Source: the human T2T-CHM13v2.0 reference genome, Homo sapiens
NCBI RefSeq assembly: GCF_009914755.1
Contig: NC_060931.1
DNA: 64,000 nt
Direction: 5' to 3' (one strand)
The translations under genes and the position numbers were made by a program. The notes below the pieces were generated by a model. It saw only the letters and a program-made list of their open reading frames with translations, was not told where the DNA came from and did no database searches. Shown one piece after another: positions 59,639 through 64,000 of the stretch. Positions within the stretch are counted from its first letter, which is position 1, and each line of letters starts with the position of its first letter.

Positions 59639-60479
59639 TTAAGTTTAAATTTTCAATGCTATAGCTTTCATATCTTCTCAGTATCACTTTTGGGAATAAA
59701 TGTTTTATGCTCTGCTCAGGCAAAAGGTCTGGAGTAAAATGAGAGAACACAGCTAAAAGAATAAAAATAAATTATACAACTTATTAGACTCAGATGAATA
59801 TACTTTACAAATACAAAATATAAAATTATACCAAGCACAATAAAATGGCATAATACTACAAGCCGAAATTCCTTAATAGACATGTAAACTTAACAAAAAT
59901 ATATCGACCAAAATGCCTTTGTAAGAGCTCTAAAACTCAGTTAAGAGATTGCAGTGCCATAGATGAGAATGATGCCAAGAGCCCCATAGAAGACAAAAGA
60001 ACATTTGTTACATTTACCCACCACAGCCATATCTCCTCCCCAATACAAAATAATGCCTTTAAGTGTAAACACTCAACTCCTGGCTTCTCTCTCAAAAGTG
60101 AAAAAAAAAAACAGTGGCACATGTGTCCATACTTCTGGCTTTGAGGGGTCTTTCCAAAGACTTTTTTTCTGTCTACCATGACACAGAGTGCTGAAAGAAA
60201 TGGTGCTATACTTTGAATGTCAGGTTAGTGTCTGTGAGACAAAAGGTAAATAATTGTTACAGCAGCAGAGAGATTTCAGGATCACAGAGAAACAGCAGGT
60301 GTACAGTCTCTTAAGCAGAAACATGGGCAAACCCACATAACTAAATAAAGGGAACACAAATCTAGTGAAGAGACATCTTAAGAACAGGTTTGAGAAATTC
60401 TCAATATCTAGCCTGGTAAATTGGTGTCAGACACTGCAGGGAAAAAAGCCACTTTATACAGACTGTGATGGGTGGCTTT

Positions 60480-63450
60480 TTTTTAATGTACATATGTCAA
60501 CAAAATATATACAAAGTATCAGACTAACATGGCCCAATCAAAGAAACAAGTATGCAAATATCAACCCTAAAGAAATGAAGATGTATAAATTATCTTTAAA
60601 AAATCAAAATAACCATCTCAATTATGCTCAATGTTTAACACAGGAACATAGAAAACTAAGCATAATCAGGAAAATAAGAATATCTACAAAATGACCAAAA
60701 GAAACAAATTTTAGAGAAGTATACAAAAAATGACTGAGAAATTATCTAATGTATGAAAAAAATATTAAAAACTGAAGCTCAACAAACTTCAACTCAGATA
60801 AAGAGACCCATAACAAGACACAATATAAGCAAAGTTTTGAAAGTCACAGAAAAGAAGGTAATCTTGAATGCAGAAAGACAAAAGAGATGTATCATCTATA
60901 TGCATGCTCCTGCAAGATTACCAATGAATTTTTGAACAAAAACCCTGCAGACAAGAGGCGAGTTGGGTTATATAATCCAAGTCCTGAAGGAACAAAAACT
61001 TTTAGCAAAACTGTCCTACAAAATTTTTAAAAATAAAGATTTTCCAAGATAACTAAATGCTGAGAAAATACATCACCAGTATTACTGTCCTGCAAGAAAT
61101 GCAAAAAGAAGTTTTTCCCATTGAAAATTTAAAATGATAGAAAACAAACCAAGTCACATAAAAATACACAGCTCTCTGGGAAAGATATGCATGCACACAA
61201 AAATAAAACTTTATAGTATTACAATAATTAAGCAGAAAACAATTGTGCTTTAAAATTTGAAAGACATCATGAAAATTAAAACACCCGTTAGTATATGATA
61301 TACTTAGTGACATCATAAGTTGAGGGCAGATGTAATGAGCATGAATTTTTGTATGCAACTGAGTGCAAGTTGTTACCAGTTTAAAATATACAGTTGTAAC
61401 TTTAAGAGATTTTATGTAATTTACATGGTAACCATAAAGAAAATGCAGATACGCAATAGAAAATAAAAAAGCAAAGCATATCACTGCAAATATCAACAAG
61501 ACACAAAAAAACACAAAGTAAATAGGGACAAAATAGCTACAAGAGTCAAATAAACAATAAAATGGTAATTATAAGTCACTTCCTTTCAGAAAAGTATTAA
61601 AATATTCATGGACTAAACTTCCCAATCAAAAGGCAAATATTACATTTTAATTTAGAAAACAAAATCCACGTATGTCATGTCTCCAAGAGACTCACCTCAG
61701 ATCTAATGATGAAAATAGACTGAAAGTGGCAGGATGGAAAAAGACATTCCAAGCAAATATTAACCAAATGAGAAGTGGAGAACTAATTATATTAAGTCAA
61801 AAGCTGTCATACTTTATAAAATATAGTTTAAGTCAAAACTCACAGGAGATAAACAAGGACATTAAATTATAATAAAATGGTTCATTCGCTGGGAACCTAT
61901 TTATATCTCCTATCAGGGTTCCCAAATATATACCATAAGCATTGACAGAAATCAAGTAATATAACAGTGGGAGAATACTTCAATACTTTCAGTAATGAAT
62001 AATAAAGCATGACAGAACATTAATAAGGCAACAAAGGACTTGAAAGCAATGTAAAACAATTACACCTCAAAGTCATATATGGAACGCACCACACAACAGC
62101 AGAATCCACAATCTTTTCAATAGCTCATAAGAAAATTCTCCTGGATACAAACCTATTATCTCACAAAACAAGTCTTAATCCATTTTTTAAACTTGAATCT
62201 TACACACTGTTATTTTTGGCCAGAATTAAATGAAACTAAAAATCACTAACAGAAGGAAAACCAAAAAAATTCACAAAATATGAAAATTAAACAATATACT
62301 CTTAAGCATGTTCTTGTTCAAAGGTTGGAAGATTGAATACTGTGAAGATGGCCATGCTGACCAAAGTGATCTATCTACACATTCAATACAATCCCTTTCA
62401 AATTCCAAATTTCACTTCTCCAAAAATAGGAAAACAACCCCCAAATCATATGGAATATCAAGAAACCACAAAGAGCCTGATTATTTAAAAAAGAAAAACA
62501 ATATTGGCAGCATCACGCTTTTTGGTTTCAAAATACAAAATGAAGGTAGGGTAATCAAAGGAAAGCACTTTGGTACTGGTATAAAAATAAAACCCTACAC
62601 CAACAAAACAGAATGCAGAACAGATAAAAACTGTCACATGTATGGTCATATGAGTTATTAACACCATTTATTGTGGCATTATTCACAAAAGCCAATAGGT
62701 AAAAGCAATCCAAACTTCCCTCACCAAATAAATAGATAAATATAATTTGGAATATAAGAATAATGGAATATTACTAAGCAAAAAAAAAAAAAAAAAAAAC
62801 AAGAAATCTTCTAACATCTACCATAAACAAAAATCTTGATAACATTATGTTAAATTTAATAAGCCAGCCAAAAAAAGACAAATTCTATATGAGTACATTT
62901 ATATGTGATATCTAAAGTAGTTACACTATTAAAAAGGGAAAATAAGATAATGTTTGGAAAGGGCCAGGCAATGGGAAATAGGATTCATGTGGACTGTGTA
63001 TAGTTTCACAAGATACAAACATTCTAGACTGGGCAAGGTGGCTCACGCCTGTAATCCCAGCACTTTGGGAGGCCAAGGCAGGCACATCACATGAGTTTGG
63101 GAATTCAAGACCAACCTACCCAACATGGTGAAACCCTGTCTCTACTAAAAATACAAAAACTAACCAGGCATGGTGGCATGATCCTGTAATCCCAGCTACT
63201 CAGTAGCCTGAGCCAGGAGAATTGCTAGAACCTGGGAGATGGAGGTTTGCAGTGAGCCAAGATTGGGCCACTGAACTCCAGCCTGGGTGACAGAGTGAGA
63301 CTCTGTCTCAATGAAATAACATACAAATAGAAAACTTTATACAGATATGTGGCTAACAGTGTCAATATATGTAACATAACCTGAACTACATAATTTGAAG
63401 TATTTAAGATTGTGCATTTTGGTGTGTATTTTTCACAAATAAAAATAAAC
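60480..63450 (+). mobile_element. Old L1M fragments in ZNF intron
   Basis: ORF1/ORF2 remnants (CLQETHLRSND...GWKKTFQAN, 61672-61872). Confidence 0.75.
63027..63317 (+). mobile_element. Alu (AluS, diverged)
   Basis: Full Alu body, short tail. Confidence 0.94.
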
Positions 63451-64000
63451 TTACAATAGATAGAGTTACGAAGCTTTTCAAAACTTACCTCCAAATCACA
63501 AAATGTTTCTCTCACACCAAGATCATACATATTCACCAATAAACAGATGTGGAAATTAAGACAATTTCCATGACTATTCACTGACACAAGAGAAAATAAC
63601 CATCTATCACCAACCAAAATAACAATTATATTTTTAAAGTGTGAGTAATATTTATACAGGCAAACAAACACAAAGATAATTATAGTGGTAATAGATGTAT
63701 GGCTGATTCATATTTGACTTTTGCTGTACCCTGGCTTAAAATGTATGAAGTTGAATATTGTCATAAAGAATTATAATATATAAATTAAAACAAAAATACA
63801 ATTCACTAAAATGAGGTAGCCTAGCCTAAACCATGAGATATTGACATATAAAATTGCAAAACAAAAATTTAAAAACACATTAACCCAAAAAGTCTTGAAT
63901 AAACATAGTTCACTATGGAACCCTTCTAGATACCTACAATGTTCAACTATGACTGGGCATCCATAAAGAGCAAACATTTGATTTTATTAAAACTTCAACT

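Overview
Hominoid (very likely human) genomic DNA from a primate KRAB zinc-finger pseudogene / segmental-duplication region. No intact protein-coding gene is supported. From left to right: unassigned sequence with an LTR; a TRIM60 pseudogene fragment (minus strand, ~4.2-5.2 kb); a 5'-intact but 3'-truncated L1; a ZNF736/ZNF727-like KRAB-ZNF pseudogene (minus, 11.4-23.1 kb); a second 5'-intact, 3'-truncated L1; an ~11 kb SATR1/SATR2-type satellite block with higher-order structure and an inverted end; an Alu/L1/LTR-rich spacer; and the Alu-disrupted finger exon plus intron of a second minus-strand KRAB-ZNF pseudogene running off the right edge. The first ZNF has intact KRAB-A and KRAB-B exons, a dead final splice acceptor, four in-frame stops and no visible exon 1. 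The ZNF736-like + TRIM60P + SATR combination is known from the chr7 pericentromeric ZNF cluster and its Y-ampliconic copies; I cannot tell which from sequence alone. I found no convincing new biological system. The best leads are rearrangement and evolution signatures: a templated patch in the inverted satellite, a hairpin-corrected SVA, a ghost KRAB-B exon, a duplicated finger block and BPY2-like satellite ORFs. Repeat subfamily names and protein comparisons are from memory, and repeat boundaries are approximate.
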